From Thermodesulfobacteriota bacterium (GTDB taxonomy: Bacteria; Desulfobacterota_D; UBA1144; Nemesobacterales; JAJCZQ01): a stretch of DNA of 64,000 nucleotides. The translations under genes were made by a program, and so were the position numbers. The stretch is from contig CBDBDR010000017.1 in NCBI GenBank assembly GCA_965203965.1, positions 288,001 to 352,000 of the forward strand, in the 5' to 3' direction. The notes under the pieces were generated by a model. It saw nothing but the letters and a program-made list of their open reading frames with translations, did not search any database and was not told the DNA's origin. This document shows, in pieces, positions 21,973 through 32,625 of this stretch. Every line of letters begins with the position of its first letter. Position 1 is the first letter of the stretch.

Positions 21973-23265
21973 ATGGAAAAGAAAAAGGACACACTTACTA
22001 TAACAGACAATAGAAACGGTAAGGTTTACGAAATTCCAATAGAAAATGAAACTATTAGGGCAACGGACCTGAGGCAGATCAAACTGAAAGACGAAGATTT
22101 TGGAATGATGAGCTACGACCCTGCTTTTGGTAACACGGCATCTTGTAAAAGCAAAGTTACTTTCATTGATGGTGAAAAAGGTATCTTACGCTACAGGGGC
22201 TATTCAATTGATGAGCTTGCTAAAAAAAGTTCTTTTCTTGAGGTTTCATACTTACTGCTTTATGGGGAGCTACCTACAAAAAAGCAGCTTGATGGTTTTA
22301 CGCATGACATAATCCATCACACATACCTACATGAAAATATTAAAAAGTTAGTTGATAGTTTCAGATATGATGCGCACCCGATGGGAATGCTCATGGGCAC
22401 TGTTGCCGCACTTTCAACTTTCTATCCTGAAGCAAAAAATATTTTTGACACTGAAAACAATGAACTTCAGATAAAACGGTTGATAGCAAAACTGCCAACC
22501 ATCGCAGCGTTTTCCTACAGGCATATAATGGGACTCCCTTACATATACCCTGATAACGATCTCAGCTATACCGGGAATTTTCTCAATATGATGTTTAGAA
22601 TGGCAGAGTTGAAATATGAACCAAACAAAGCTATTGAGAAAGCCATTGACGTTTTATTTATACTCCATGCAGATCATGAACAAAATTGCAGTGCAAGCGC
22701 AATGAGAAGTGTGGGAAGTTCTCAACCCGATCCCTATACGTCAACCGCATCCGCTATAGGTGCTTTATACGGCCCATTGCATGGTGGTGCGAATGAAGCC
22801 GTTCTTCAAATGCTTCAGGAAATAGGATCAAAGGACAAGATCCCCGAATATATTGAACGGGCTAAACGCGGTGAATTTAGACTTATGGGTTTTGGTCACA
22901 GGGTTTATAAAGCCTATGATCCAAGAGCCAAGATAATAAAAGATGCAGCACACGAGGTATTTGAAGAGACGGGGAAAAACCCTCTTCTTGAAATTGCACT
23001 TGAGCTTGAAAGAATAGCTCTTGAAGATGACTACTTCGTAAAACGCCGCTTATATCCAAATGTAGATTTCTATTCTGGGTTGATATATCAGAGTATGGGC
23101 CTGCCAACAAGCATGTTTACAGTGCTTTTTGCGATTGGAAGAACTCCCGGTTGGCTTGCACAATGGAAGGAGATGTTAGAAGACCCAGAAACAAGGATTG
23201 CAAGACCGCGGCAGGTTTATCTCGGATATGATCTAAGAGATTATTCACCAAAATCCAAAAGATAG
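21973..23265 (+). CDS. gltA: Citrate synthase
   Basis: LRYRGY, HADHEQN, HGGANE, GFGHRVYK, YPNVDFYSG. Confidence 0.98.
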   Translation: MEKKKDTLTITDNRNGKVYEIPIENETIRATDLRQIKLKDEDFGMMSYDPAFGNTASCKSKVTFIDGEKGILRYRGYSIDELAKKSSFLEVSYLLLYGELPTKKQLDGFTHDIIHHTYLHENIKKLVDSFRYDAHPMGMLMGTVAALSTFYPEAKNIFDTENNELQIKRLIAKLPTIAAFSYRHIMGLPYIYPDNDLSYTGNFLNMMFRMAELKYEPNKAIEKAIDVLFILHADHEQNCSASAMRSVGSSQPDPYTSTASAIGALYGPLHGGANEAVLQMLQEIGSKDKIPEYIERAKRGEFRLMGFGHRVYKAYDPRAKIIKDAAHEVFEETGKNPLLEIALELERIALEDDYFVKRRLYPNVDFYSGLIYQSMGLPTSMFTVLFAIGRTPGWLAQWKEMLEDPETRIARPRQVYLGYDLRDYSPKSKR

Positions 23266-23281
23266 AAAAGACAGTTTTAAT

Positions 23282-23320
23282 AAAGATAAGCAGGGTTTTG
23301 TTGATCCCCTGCTTATCTTT
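23282..23320 (+). terminator. Intrinsic terminator after gltA
   Basis: Perfect 14-bp inverted repeat aaagataagcaggg/ccctgcttatcttt. Confidence 0.8.
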
Positions 23321-23345
23321 GGGGATTTATATATGAAAATCTCAT

Positions 23346-23531
23346 TCAGGTGCCAGAATCTTTTACGACATTCATGGGTGAAAGTGCAACCCTGACCAGT
23401 TCACCGGGTGTAGGTACTGATCCATCCGGGTTTCGAATCATGACAATCTCTTCCTTTTCCACCTTTAACGGTTGATAACTATGTGACTTGACCCGAACAG
23501 TCGGACGGTCATCAAGGTTTCGCTGTGTCAT
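23346..23531 (-). CDS. Small hypothetical protein, possible IS1595 passenger
   Basis: 61 aa with AAGGAG RBS; SYQP..EE..TPGELVRVAL pattern recalls small IS1595-linked ORFs. Confidence 0.55.
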   Translation of the reverse strand: MTQRNLDDRPTVRVKSHSYQPLKVEKEEIVMIRNPDGSVPTPGELVRVALSPMNVVKDSGT

Positions 23532-23547
23532 GTCTCATCTCCTTTCG

Positions 23548-26500
23548 TTAAACATCATTTTCCGCAGTATTTAGCGTCATCGTGATTGTCTTCATGATTT
23601 GGTCAGTCTCGGACAGGATTTTGAGGATGCTTTGATAATGCTTCACATCCTCGAAGCTGAGAACGCGACCTTTGCGGTATTTGAGCCATTTCTGGGCGGG
23701 CTGATAGCCGCCAATGTAGAAATCCCATGATACGGCGGGCGCGTCGGCAAAATACTGGCTGTCATTGATCCAGACGCAGCCATCCTCGAAACGGAACTTG
23801 CCCACCTCGTTGTCACCGTCGCCCGTGAACGGGTAGGGGGTCGCACCGATTGAGGCAGGTTCCATCAGGTGGAGCTTGCGTAACTCCGCGCCCTTGGCGG
23901 ACACGTCCCAGAATTCGTCTGGGGTGGTCGGCCACGGGATGCGGGGGAAGTCGATTTTCAGGAACTCGGCATAGGTATCGCGATAAGCGGGACAATGCAG
24001 CACGCCATAGATGTAATCGAACACCTGCATCTCGTCGGGTTTGCCATCTTCGGGATGATCAGCCAGTTTTTGAATCTTCTTGTAAAGCTTTGGATCGAAA
24101 TTCACCCGCTGAGTCTGATCGAGATCTTGTTCGTCGGGGTAGAGGTAGAGGGGGGCAAAGATTGATCCAGTTGTTGCCTCTCCGCACTTCACATCTGATA
24201 CATACGTTGAGCAGTAGAAATGATTAACGCCCTTTTTGTTGCTTCGCGCTGTGATGAGTGAAATATTTGGATGTAACATATGTTTAGAAACATCCATTCT
24301 AGGCCATGAAACCAACGCAGGATGCAGAGCGACTTTCCTGTTATCAAAAGGCCGAAACGCATAGGGAACGATATAATCAAGGATGTTTCCACATGGAATG
24401 CGCTGTCTCTCTGCATCAAGCTTCCAATCTCTAGTGTCCCCCGCTGGAAATTTTTTGGAAGTCTGGGAAAAGAATTTCCTGCGAATAGTTTCTGTCGAGA
24501 TGCTTTCGTCGCAAATTTCTGAAATTCTCTCCTGAATTTCTGCGTTGCTTTCTCCCACGGCAACAGGGTCACGAGATGTTTGTATCCCCGTAGTATTCAA
24601 AGGGAAAATCTCTACAATTGAGAAACCATTTTGATATGCAGGAGGAGCACTTACCCCTTTCCCGTTGAAGGTGAAATATGGCTCCGACGGATTCAATTTT
24701 TCTGATGAAATGCTGATGCGGTTAAGTGACTGAAGACGCTCATATTTAAGTTCACAACTTCCCCAAAGTTCAGAGAATGTGACTTCAGAGTTTCTGATCT
24801 GAGGTTGAGGCTTCTTCTTGATTGCTATGACTATCGAAACACCCTGTTGGATATCGAATACGTTTTCATCCTTGATGCCATTTGGCGAAATTTCACCATG
24901 TTTGGAATTTCCATGTAAATCAACGACATGAATTTTGTCGAACGTCTGCATAAGGTGCCATCTCATTCCTCGAAAAGTCGGGTTGTCGAGGTAGCCATGG
25001 TTGGTGATGAAGCCAAGAATGCCTTCGCCGTTCTTTGCGATCAGGCTCTCCGACAGGCGGATGAACTTGACGTAGTCATCATGCAAGGAGTGCTTTCGCT
25101 CTCCAAAGTGTTTGCCATCAACGTATTTGTAGTCCTCGATCAGATTGCTGATCCAATCGCCCATGTTCTGCGAAATCCCAGAGTATGGTGGATTCCCGAT
25201 CACGCACATGATGGGCATGTCGCGCTTGATTGTGTTCGCGCCCTTGGCCTCGCGGGATAGCCATTGCGTGAAAGGCAGGGTTTGGTTGGCAGGCTCGCCT
25301 TCCTCAAGGCTGTTGGTCAGATAGACTGACAGGCGCGGTGGGTTTCCCGTGGGCTTATAACCTAGCTCGGTCAGGATCATGTCGAGTTTCATATGGCACA
25401 TGGCATAGGACGCCATGAGAAGCTCGAAGCCGTGCAGGCGGGGAATCAGATCGTCCTCGATGTATTTCGACCACATCGCGGGTGCGATGTCCTGAATCTT
25501 GGGTGCGATTTGCTTGATCACCTCGGCCAAAAACGTGCCTGTTCCTGTGGCAGGATCGAGGATTTGAACGCGGTGAACATCCTTCTTGATCGCGACGGGT
25601 TTGCCCTTCCTGTCGGTCTTGCCTGTGTCCCAGTCGATGGTCACTTTCGACGTGTCAGCCAGTCCATCGGGCAGGCTGAATTCCGTCTGCAAGACCTCGT
25701 CCACGGCGCGCACGATGAAATTCACAACGGGTTCGGGTGTGTACCAAACCCCTCGTGCCTTGCGTTTATCGGGGTTATAGGCAGCGAGGAATGTCTCGTA
25801 GAAATGAAGGAAGGGATCGTTCCGGCCCGTCAGCTTACCAAACCCCTCCATCAGCTTTGCCACATCACAGGCTTGGAACACGCGCGCAAGATCATCGATG
25901 ATCCACGCGATGCGGTCGTCGAGATCATAACCAGCTATGTAGCTGAATAGCGAGCGCAGAAACGGGTTGGACTTGGGTAGCAGCTCCAATGCCTCCTGGC
26001 GGCTGAATGTGTCCAGACTGGTGTCGTGGAGCCGAGCTGCAAACATCCCATAGGCGATAGTTTCAGCATAAATGTCGGCGAAATCTTCTGCCTCGATGTT
26101 GTGGATCAGGTTTTCCCTGAACGCCTCATATTGTCCTACAAGTTCTTCTGCATCGTCAGCCAGGGTATTTTGCAGCACATCCTTGATCAGAATGGCTTTA
26201 CCTGCCATTCGTTCGGCCAGTTCACGGGGGCTGGTGATCGTTTGGGGCCTCTGGGCAACAAAATCCCGCAGTAGATTTTCGAGTGTCGTGTATTGATCCG
26301 GCTTCGGTTGAATGCCCGGAGTGAGGTCGGCGATGCGTACCGAGGCGGTCAGTTCGCCGTCACGGTAAAAATCCCAATCAAGGCAGTTGGTATAGATCAG
26401 ATTGGGTAGTGCAGCGCGGTAGCGTTCCTGTTGTGCCTTGTTGCTGCCTTTGAGGCCACGAATTCCAACGGGAATATCTTTGGCCTCAACGTGGCCGATC

Positions 26501-26697
26501 ACAATATCACCCTGCGACACGATAAAATCAGGCGCACCACATTCGATCTTTTTGGGTTCGTTCAGGGCTGTCACATCATCCGAAATCGAGGACAACAGAT
26601 TTTGCAAGGTGGCGCGGTATGAGTGTTCCGTTGCATTGCCCGTATTATAAATGCTGGTGACTTCTACCAGATACCCTTGAATATTCAATGCCTGCAA
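23548..26697 (-). CDS. Single-chain type IIG / type ISP-like restriction-modification enzyme (nuclease + N6 MTase + TRD)
   Basis: PD-(D/E)xK GAPDF..HVEAKD; ILDPATGTGTF; GNPPY; C-terminal YIYGVLH..YR..LKIDFPRIP and IGGYQ..KWLK; no helicase domain. Confidence 0.9.
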   Translation of the reverse strand: MQALNIQGYLVEVTSIYNTGNATEHSYRATLQNLLSSISDDVTALNEPKKIECGAPDFIVSQGDIVIGHVEAKDIPVGIRGLKGSNKAQQERYRAALPNLIYTNCLDWDFYRDGELTASVRIADLTPGIQPKPDQYTTLENLLRDFVAQRPQTITSPRELAERMAGKAILIKDVLQNTLADDAEELVGQYEAFRENLIHNIEAEDFADIYAETIAYGMFAARLHDTSLDTFSRQEALELLPKSNPFLRSLFSYIAGYDLDDRIAWIIDDLARVFQACDVAKLMEGFGKLTGRNDPFLHFYETFLAAYNPDKRKARGVWYTPEPVVNFIVRAVDEVLQTEFSLPDGLADTSKVTIDWDTGKTDRKGKPVAIKKDVHRVQILDPATGTGTFLAEVIKQIAPKIQDIAPAMWSKYIEDDLIPRLHGFELLMASYAMCHMKLDMILTELGYKPTGNPPRLSVYLTNSLEEGEPANQTLPFTQWLSREAKGANTIKRDMPIMCVIGNPPYSGISQNMGDWISNLIEDYKYVDGKHFGERKHSLHDDYVKFIRLSESLIAKNGEGILGFITNHGYLDNPTFRGMRWHLMQTFDKIHVVDLHGNSKHGEISPNGIKDENVFDIQQGVSIVIAIKKKPQPQIRNSEVTFSELWGSCELKYERLQSLNRISISSEKLNPSEPYFTFNGKGVSAPPAYQNGFSIVEIFPLNTTGIQTSRDPVAVGESNAEIQERISEICDESISTETIRRKFFSQTSKKFPAGDTRDWKLDAERQRIPCGNILDYIVPYAFRPFDNRKVALHPALVSWPRMDVSKHMLHPNISLITARSNKKGVNHFYCSTYVSDVKCGEATTGSIFAPLYLYPDEQDLDQTQRVNFDPKLYKKIQKLADHPEDGKPDEMQVFDYIYGVLHCPAYRDTYAEFLKIDFPRIPWPTTPDEFWDVSAKGAELRKLHLMEPASIGATPYPFTGDGDNEVGKFRFEDGCVWINDSQYFADAPAVSWDFYIGGYQPAQKWLKYRKGRVLSFEDVKHYQSILKILSETDQIMKTITMTLNTAENDV

Positions 26698-27527
26698 AAT
26701 CGCGCCCCGCTGCGTTTGTTGCCATCTGTGAACGGATGATCCTTGACGATAAAGTACAGAAGATGCGCTGCCTTTTCTTCCAAACTTGGATAAACGTCTT
26801 TTCTAAAAGCGGATTGAAACACACCGCCGACGATACCCGTCACACTCCCGCTTTCTCGCTCCTGCCCGAAAATTTCCGTAGCTTCTTTTTTTCTCACGAA
26901 TTCTTTTTTTAACACCACCAAAGCCGCTTTGAGATTTTCCGCCGTAAATGTTATCTGCTTCCTACTTGCCGCCGATTTTGGTAAACTGCCTTTATCATAA
27001 GCGTCTAGTGAAAACCAAGTACCCGCAAAAATACTGACAAGCTCCAAAATGTCCTTTGCTTTGACTTCATCGCTTGCGGGCAGCAAATCTCGTACGTTGG
27101 ACACTGCTTGCATAAATTTTTTGTAGTTCTTCCCGGCGCGCTTTTTGTTGATCGAGTAGCCAAGGAGCAAGTGTTGTTTGAGTGTTTGGGTCGCCCAGAT
27201 ACGGAATTGCGTGGCTTGTTTAGAATTTACACGGTAGCCCGCAGAGAGTATAGCGTCTAAATTGTAATATTCTATTTGACGAGTTACTTGCCTCTTCCCT
27301 TCTTTTTGAACTGTTTCCAAAACGGAAACGGTTGATTTTCTGTTGAGTTCACCTGTCCGATAAATGTTTTTCAAATGCTTTGATATAGCAGGCCTCTGGA
27401 CGTCAAATAAATCGGCGATTTGTTGTAAAGTCCCCCAGATTGTATCCTTTTCAATATCCCCGCGAAACGCTATTTCTCCGTTTTCGGTTTGATACAAAAC
27501 AATGTTCGGCTTAGTTTTCATGCTCAA
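26685..27527 (-). pseudogene. RhuM-Fic/Doc protein truncated just after the Fic motif
   Basis: YYNLDAILSAGYRVNSKQATQFRIWAT; HPFTDGNKRSG followed within a few codons by a stop at the R-M gene junction. Confidence 0.8.
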
Positions 27528-27777
27528 CCCCGCTCAAATTCTTCAAAATTCGCTTATTTAATTCCGCTTCTTCCTTGATCTGTTCCTCAAACTCATCTTT
27601 TATATCTTCTTCTCTAAATATATCCCTAAAACTCGCACCCTCTGCACTACTACCTATGGGTGATGTAAATACTTTGTTCTTATTAAACGGAGGATCTAAG
27701 TCAATACAGTCAGAGTTTATTCCTTCTAATACTTCAAGATTGTCATGACAGAATATAGTTCTATTACTTACATTCAT
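27511..27777 (-). pseudogene. Chimeric remnant: DNA methyltransferase N-terminus joined to an HsdM-like C-terminus
   Basis: HDNLEVL..IDLDPPFN (IYL missing from the usual DLIYLDPPFN), then EFEEQIKEEAELNKRILKNL. Confidence 0.65.
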
Positions 27778-27841
27778 CTAATAATTTCAGTAATTTGGTT
27801 CATCATTCTCACCGCACTATTGTATATAATTCCTTGTTTTT

Positions 27842-28192
27842 TTAAGTGCTTGAAAACTGTTTGCTTATAATACTGTTGTAGTAAAAGTCAATTGTATGCT
27901 CTATTGATTTCAAGAACAGATCAATGATTTCTTTCTGACCTTCTTCTGATTTTATAAAGTTTGATACGTCTGTTTCTTTTTTTAGTCTGAGATTCAGAAC
28001 TTCGGAGAATGATTCTGTAATGGTTTGCCGATCATCTTCAAGCATTGTTTCTATCAATGCCTGATCTTGGACGTCATATTTTTTGTTTGCAATTGCAGTT
28101 GAGAGGTTGTCTATAAATTCAGGAACTACCAGTTTAGGATGGCTTTCTTTTACAATGGACTCAAAGGTTTTTATGAGGTCTTGAGAGTACAT
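27842..28192 (-). CDS. Hypothetical protein
   Basis: 116-aa ORF with host-like composition, downstream of the M42 peptidase. Confidence 0.7.
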   Translation of the reverse strand: MYSQDLIKTFESIVKESHPKLVVPEFIDNLSTAIANKKYDVQDQALIETMLEDDRQTITESFSEVLNLRLKKETDVSNFIKSEEGQKEIIDLFLKSIEHTIDFYYNSIISKQFSST

Positions 28193-28234
28193 ATTATTGA
28201 ATTTCTTATTCTATAATTCAGTCTATAAAGAACT

Positions 28235-29260
28235 TCAGTTTTTAAAGCCGTCAATATTTTCCAGAAGAGCAGTGATAAGTTTGATCGTGTTTTTTATATC
28301 TTCTTTGTATGCAATGGAACTTGGGCTATGCAAATATCTGGTGGGTACTGATATTACTGCGGCACGGCTTCCCTTTCCTGTTACCTGCATTGCGGTGGCG
28401 TTCGTTCCACCTGCCTTTTTGACCGTGATCTGGGTTGGTATATCTTTCTTTTCTGCAAGTTCATTTATATCAAAAGAAAATTTTCTATCTGCCACCAAAT
28501 ACCTATCGGACAGCCTTATTTCGGGTCCTTTACCAACATTTGCAAGAGATTTGTCTGCAGGTATACCCGGGACGTCCATTGCCACGGTGCCTTCCAGAGC
28601 AACAACAAAATCAGGTTCAACAACAGGGGTTATAAGCCTTGCCCCTCTTAATCCCGTTTCTTCCTGAACCGTTGCCGTAACAAAAAGATCACATTTTATA
28701 TTAGGGTTTTTACTCAATGCTTCAATTATGATGAACAAGCCCATTCTATCATCCAATGCCTTTGAAATTACCGCGTCTTCAGTTTCTGTGAACTTGGTGT
28801 CAAATGATGCAAAATCTCCAACTTTGACCAAACTCTTAACTTTTTCAGCCGATAATCCAACGTCAACCACGCAGTCCTCAATTTCCGGAACTTCTTTGTT
28901 ATTGCTGCCTTTGCTTACGTGGGGAGGAATAGCTGCTACCATACCGACAAGCTGGGTTTTACCCCACACTACTAACCTTTGAGCGTAATAAACCCGTGGA
29001 TCTATGCCACCGAGAGGGGTCAATCTTATAAAACCGTTGTCATCTATATGGTGAACCATAAATCCGACTTCATCCGTATGAGCGTCAAGGACGACCCTGG
29101 GACCCTGTCCTTTTATATGTGCAATGATATTTCCCATTGCATCCTTGGAAATATCTTTTGTGAACTTTTTCAATTCATCAGTAACAACGTCACTTATGAG
29201 GTCTTCTCCGCCTGGCATGCCCGGGGTGTTGCATAATATTTTCAACAACTCTATGTTCAT
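28235..29260 (-). CDS. M42 family metallopeptidase
   Basis: AHTDEVG, KALDDR, VQEETGLRGA, RYLHSP. Confidence 0.93.
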   Translation of the reverse strand: MNIELLKILCNTPGMPGGEDLISDVVTDELKKFTKDISKDAMGNIIAHIKGQGPRVVLDAHTDEVGFMVHHIDDNGFIRLTPLGGIDPRVYYAQRLVVWGKTQLVGMVAAIPPHVSKGSNNKEVPEIEDCVVDVGLSAEKVKSLVKVGDFASFDTKFTETEDAVISKALDDRMGLFIIIEALSKNPNIKCDLFVTATVQEETGLRGARLITPVVEPDFVVALEGTVAMDVPGIPADKSLANVGKGPEIRLSDRYLVADRKFSFDINELAEKKDIPTQITVKKAGGTNATAMQVTGKGSRAAVISVPTRYLHSPSSIAYKEDIKNTIKLITALLENIDGFKN

Positions 29261-29341
29261 AGTTTTTTGATTATAGTCTAAAACCCATTATTTTCCAGAT
29301 TTTAATTGATTTGATGGGCTGAAAATTCTAATATTTACATT

Positions 29342-30700
29342 ATGGATGAGAAACTATATCCCGCTAACAATCCTCCCCTGTTTGTCCAGCCAGAGTCTAC
29401 CAAACCCCTTGCCGAAAGACTGAGGCCACAAAGACTGGAAGACGTCGTTGGTCAAGATCATTTATTGGGAGAACAAGGGATGATAAAAAAGATGATAGAA
29501 GCAGGTGCACTTCAACCCATGATTTTCTGGGGCCCTCCAGGGACTGGCAAAACGACCCTTGCCCAGATCATAGCAGATAAGATCAATGCCATTGTATACT
29601 CTATAAATGCAATATCCTCAGGTGTTAAAGACCTACGGGAAGTAATTGAAAAGGCAAAAGAGTCTATACTGACGGGTAAAAAAACAGTTTTATTTGTGGA
29701 TGAAATTCACAGGTTCAACAAAGCACAGCAGTCAGCTCTTTTGAAAAGCGTGGAAGATGGAACGGTTGTGCTTATCGGTACCACCACTGAAAACCCTTCT
29801 TTTGAAGTTATTGCTCCTCTTTTGTCACGGTCTCAGGTCTACACTTTAAATTCACTCAATGAAGATGACCTGAATGAAATTTTGAGACGTGCTTTGGAAA
29901 ACATCCCAACCCTTGATACAAAGAACAAAGGTTCTCATCTAAAAATTAATATAGATAACAAAGCCAGAAGTGAGTTGATCAGGTTGGCAGGTGGGGATGC
30001 GAGAGTTATGCTTAACGCTCTGGAAACTGCAATTCATACCACTTCTCCCGTTAATAATGGAATAACAATAGATATAAACACGGTAAAGCAAGCATACCAG
30101 ACCAGCAGATACAGGTATGATCAATCTGGGGAAGATCATTACAACACCATTTCAGCTTTTATCAAGAGTGTGAGGGGCAGTGATCCCGATGCTTCAGTTT
30201 ACTATCTGGCAAAGATGATAGAAGCAGGTGAAGATGTTAAGTTCATTGCAAGGAGACTTATAATACTTGCTTCGGAAGATATAGGGAACGCGGAGCCTTA
30301 TGCACTTACTCTGTCAACAAGTTGCTTTACAGCTGTAAATTACGTTGGTTTACCGGAAGCGGGGTTGATACTTGCACAGACTGCAACCTATCTTGCAAGT
30401 TGTCCAAAGAGCAATGCCTCTTACTTAGCACTTGGTAAAGCAGTTGAAGATGTTAGGTCAAAGCCAAATCTTGAAGTGCCAATGCATTTGAGAAATGCAC
30501 CGACAAAACTTATGAAGGAACTTGGATACGGTAAAAACTACAAATATTCACATAACTATGATGAGCATTTTGTAGATCAGGACTTTCTGCCTAAAGGATT
30601 GAGGGATAAAATATATTACAAACCAAATGAAATAGGGCGTGAAGTCTCGCTCAAAAAATACCTTGAAACCAAGTGGAAAAAGAGGCAAAAAAAGGATTAA
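29342..30700 (+). CDS. rarA: Replication-associated recombination protein A
   Basis: [41 protein letters not shown]. Confidence 0.96.
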   Translation: MDEKLYPANNPPLFVQPESTKPLAERLRPQRLEDVVGQDHLLGEQGMIKKMIEAGALQPMIFWGPPGTGKTTLAQIIADKINAIVYSINAISSGVKDLREVIEKAKESILTGKKTVLFVDEIHRFNKAQQSALLKSVEDGTVVLIGTTTENPSFEVIAPLLSRSQVYTLNSLNEDDLNEILRRALENIPTLDTKNKGSHLKINIDNKARSELIRLAGGDARVMLNALETAIHTTSPVNNGITIDINTVKQAYQTSRYRYDQSGEDHYNTISAFIKSVRGSDPDASVYYLAKMIEAGEDVKFIARRLIILASEDIGNAEPYALTLSTSCFTAVNYVGLPEAGLILAQTATYLASCPKSNASYLALGKAVEDVRSKPNLEVPMHLRNAPTKLMKELGYGKNYKYSHNYDEHFVDQDFLPKGLRDKIYYKPNEIGREVSLKKYLETKWKKRQKKD

Positions 30701-31080
30701 TCTTTTCTTTCTATCAATTCCACCTTGTAACCATCTGGGTCTTCAAAGAACGCAATAACGGTGTTTCCGTGCTTCATTGGGCCAGGAGGTCTTGTCAGCC
30801 TACCACCGAGTTTTTCTATTTTTTCGCAAGCCAGATATATATCTTCAACCCCAAAAGCTATGTGTCCATAGCCATTACCCAGATCATATTTGGAAGTATC
30901 CCAGTTATGTGTCAACTCTAAAAATGGTTCAGTATCGTCCCCGTAACCCAGAAATGCGAGGCTGAATTTTCCATCGGGATACTGTGTAGTCCTATGATGT
31001 TTGAGTCCCAATGATTCCGTGTAGAATTTTATTGATCTTTCAAGATCACCGACCCGTATCATTGTATGAAGGTATTTCAT
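30697..31080 (-). CDS. gloA: Lactoylglutathione lyase
   Basis: [31 protein letters not shown]. Confidence 0.96.
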   Translation of the reverse strand: MKYLHTMIRVGDLERSIKFYTESLGLKHHRTTQYPDGKFSLAFLGYGDDTEPFLELTHNWDTSKYDLGNGYGHIAFGVEDIYLACEKIEKLGGRLTRPPGPMKHGNTVIAFFEDPDGYKVELIERKD

Positions 31081-31154
31081 TTTTAGGCTCCTACTCTAAA
31101 GTTTGGGGGTTATATACCTACTTACCCGAACTGATATAACTACTTATACTATGA

Positions 31155-31334
31155 TTAAGTTTTATCTTTTGTTGGTTTGTAGTTTATATTGGGGATTGTT
31201 TTATCAGTAGGTTGTAAGTCATTTTGAGGTAGATTTCTCTTTTGAGTATCCGTTTTCTTTTTAGCGAATGTAGCATCTACGACTTCTTCCATAGTTGCTC
31301 TTATCGGTGGTATGATTTTTTGTTTTCTACCCAT
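31155..31334 (-). CDS. Small hypothetical IS passenger (59 aa, MGRKQKIIPPIRATMEEVVDATF...)
   Basis: Translated by hand; below the ORF-track cutoff; lies inside the IS ends. Confidence 0.5.
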   Translation of the reverse strand: MGRKQKIIPPIRATMEEVVDATFAKKKTDTQKRNLPQNDLQPTDKTIPNINYKPTKDKT

Positions 31335-31456
31335 TTTTGATATTTACCTGTTTTAACGTCTTTACCTACTTTGCACTAACGTTTATTATACCTACTGATT
31401 TATACACTTATGTATTAAGAGCTAAGAAATACGTATTTTATAACAAATAAAGTTAC

Positions 31457-31744
31457 TTATACTGACATTAGTATAGTTGGAATTAATATTACTCTCGCTA
31501 TCCATTTTATGGTGTTAATACCACCATATAACTTATTTAACTTTTTTGTATCTTTCCTTACTTTTTTCATATCCTTTCTTACTTCACCTATATCTTCTCT
31601 CATATCATTTCTTAATTCGGTGAATTGAGTATTCATCAAGTTAATGATATCTGTATTTGTAGGTATATCTTGCATAAAAACTAAACTCCTTTCTAATGTA
31701 GTTTTTTTCTCACTGGTAATATCATATTCACCATCCATATTCAC
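31457..31744 (-). CDS. Coiled-coil protein with C-terminal hydrophobic anchor (DUF1640/Bdr-like)
   Basis: Heptad-like ELRNDMREDIGEVRKDMKKVRKD followed by IKWIARVILIPTILMSV. Confidence 0.55.
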   Translation of the reverse strand: MNMDGEYDITSEKKTTLERSLVFMQDIPTNTDIINLMNTQFTELRNDMREDIGEVRKDMKKVRKDTKKLNKLYGGINTIKWIARVILIPTILMSV

Positions 31745-31905
31745 ATTTATACATTAGTTTTTAGCAAGAATTTAGCAACCCTGACTTTGGGACTTCCTAG
31801 TAAGTGGGTATGAATGAATTTCACCTCACACTTTTACCCATTGTTAGGGTTGCTACTTTTTTTACTGTGATTGTTTAATATATAAGTAAATCATAAAAAA
31901 CTACT

Positions 31906-32100
31906 ATGAAAGTCAGAGAAATAATAAAATTAATAAAAGATGATGGGTGGTATCTAGATAAACACAAAGCAACAAGTCATAGGCAATTCAAACATCCATC
32001 TAAGCCAGGTAAAGTAACAGTAGCTGGAAATTTAGGAAAGGAATTAAAGAAAGGAACAGAACATAGTATAATTAAACAAGCAGGAATACAATTACATTAA
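31906..32100 (+). CDS. hicA: HicA toxin
   Basis: MKVREIIKLI..DGW, SHRQFKHP..PGKVTV, SIIKQAG. Confidence 0.93.
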   Translation: MKVREIIKLIKDDGWYLDKHKATSHRQFKHPSKPGKVTVAGNLGKELKKGTEHSIIKQAGIQLH

Positions 32101-32109
32101 AAACGGAGG

Positions 32110-32331
32110 TTGATAACAATGAAAAACAAATATCTTATTATAATTGAAAAAACAGGCAATGGTTATAGTGCTTATGCTCCTGATCTTCCAGGATGTATAG
32201 CTGCTGCGGACACCCTTGAAGAAACCAGACAACTTATGTCTGAAGCCATTGAATTTCATATAGAGGGACTAAAAGAAGATAACTATGCCGTACCTCAACC
32301 AATAAGTGTTGCCGGATATGTTACCTGCTAA
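32110..32331 (+). CDS. hicB: Short HicB antitoxin without DNA-binding domain
   Basis: YSAYAPDLPGC..A..TLEE..EAIEFHIEGL; start may be ATG 32119. Confidence 0.92.
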   Translation: MITMKNKYLIIIEKTGNGYSAYAPDLPGCIAAADTLEETRQLMSEAIEFHIEGLKEDNYAVPQPISVAGYVTC

Positions 32332-32625
32332 CCCACCAATTCTTTATAACTTAGTTTTTTTCCGAGCAAGTCGTTAATAATTTCAGTAATTTGGTTCATA
32401 GTATCCAGAGGTCTCAAATTATGCCGACCCACGTACTCATCAATATATCTTTGTAGATGCTTAACCGACATTTTATGATACACACCAATATAACCTCTTT
32501 TTAACATACTCCAGAAAGACTCAATACCATTAGTATGAGCTTTATCGTTTATATACTCACCAACGCTATGATTTACCGCAGTATGATCAAACCCCTTTTT
32601 ACTCAACCCTTTATATCCCCTATGC
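32328..32625 (-). pseudogene. IS1595 (ISXO2-like DDE) transposase, C-terminal fragment
   Basis: HTAVNHS.GEY, HTNGIESFWSMLKRG..GVYH..S.KHLQRYIDE; zinc ribbon and first two Asp regions absent. Confidence 0.92.

Larger units (their letters stand above)
23321..27833 (-). mobile_element. Probable internally deleted IS1595-family element carrying R-M cargo
   Basis: Imperfect terminal IRs ggatttatata (23323) and ggaattatata (minus strand from 27833); 25 bp at 27779-27803 identical to the IS1595 transposase remnant at 32375-32399. Confidence 0.55.

Noticed and set aside
24928..26296. Several plus-strand ORFs up to 185 aa
   Set aside because: Antisense shadows of the GC-rich R-M gene
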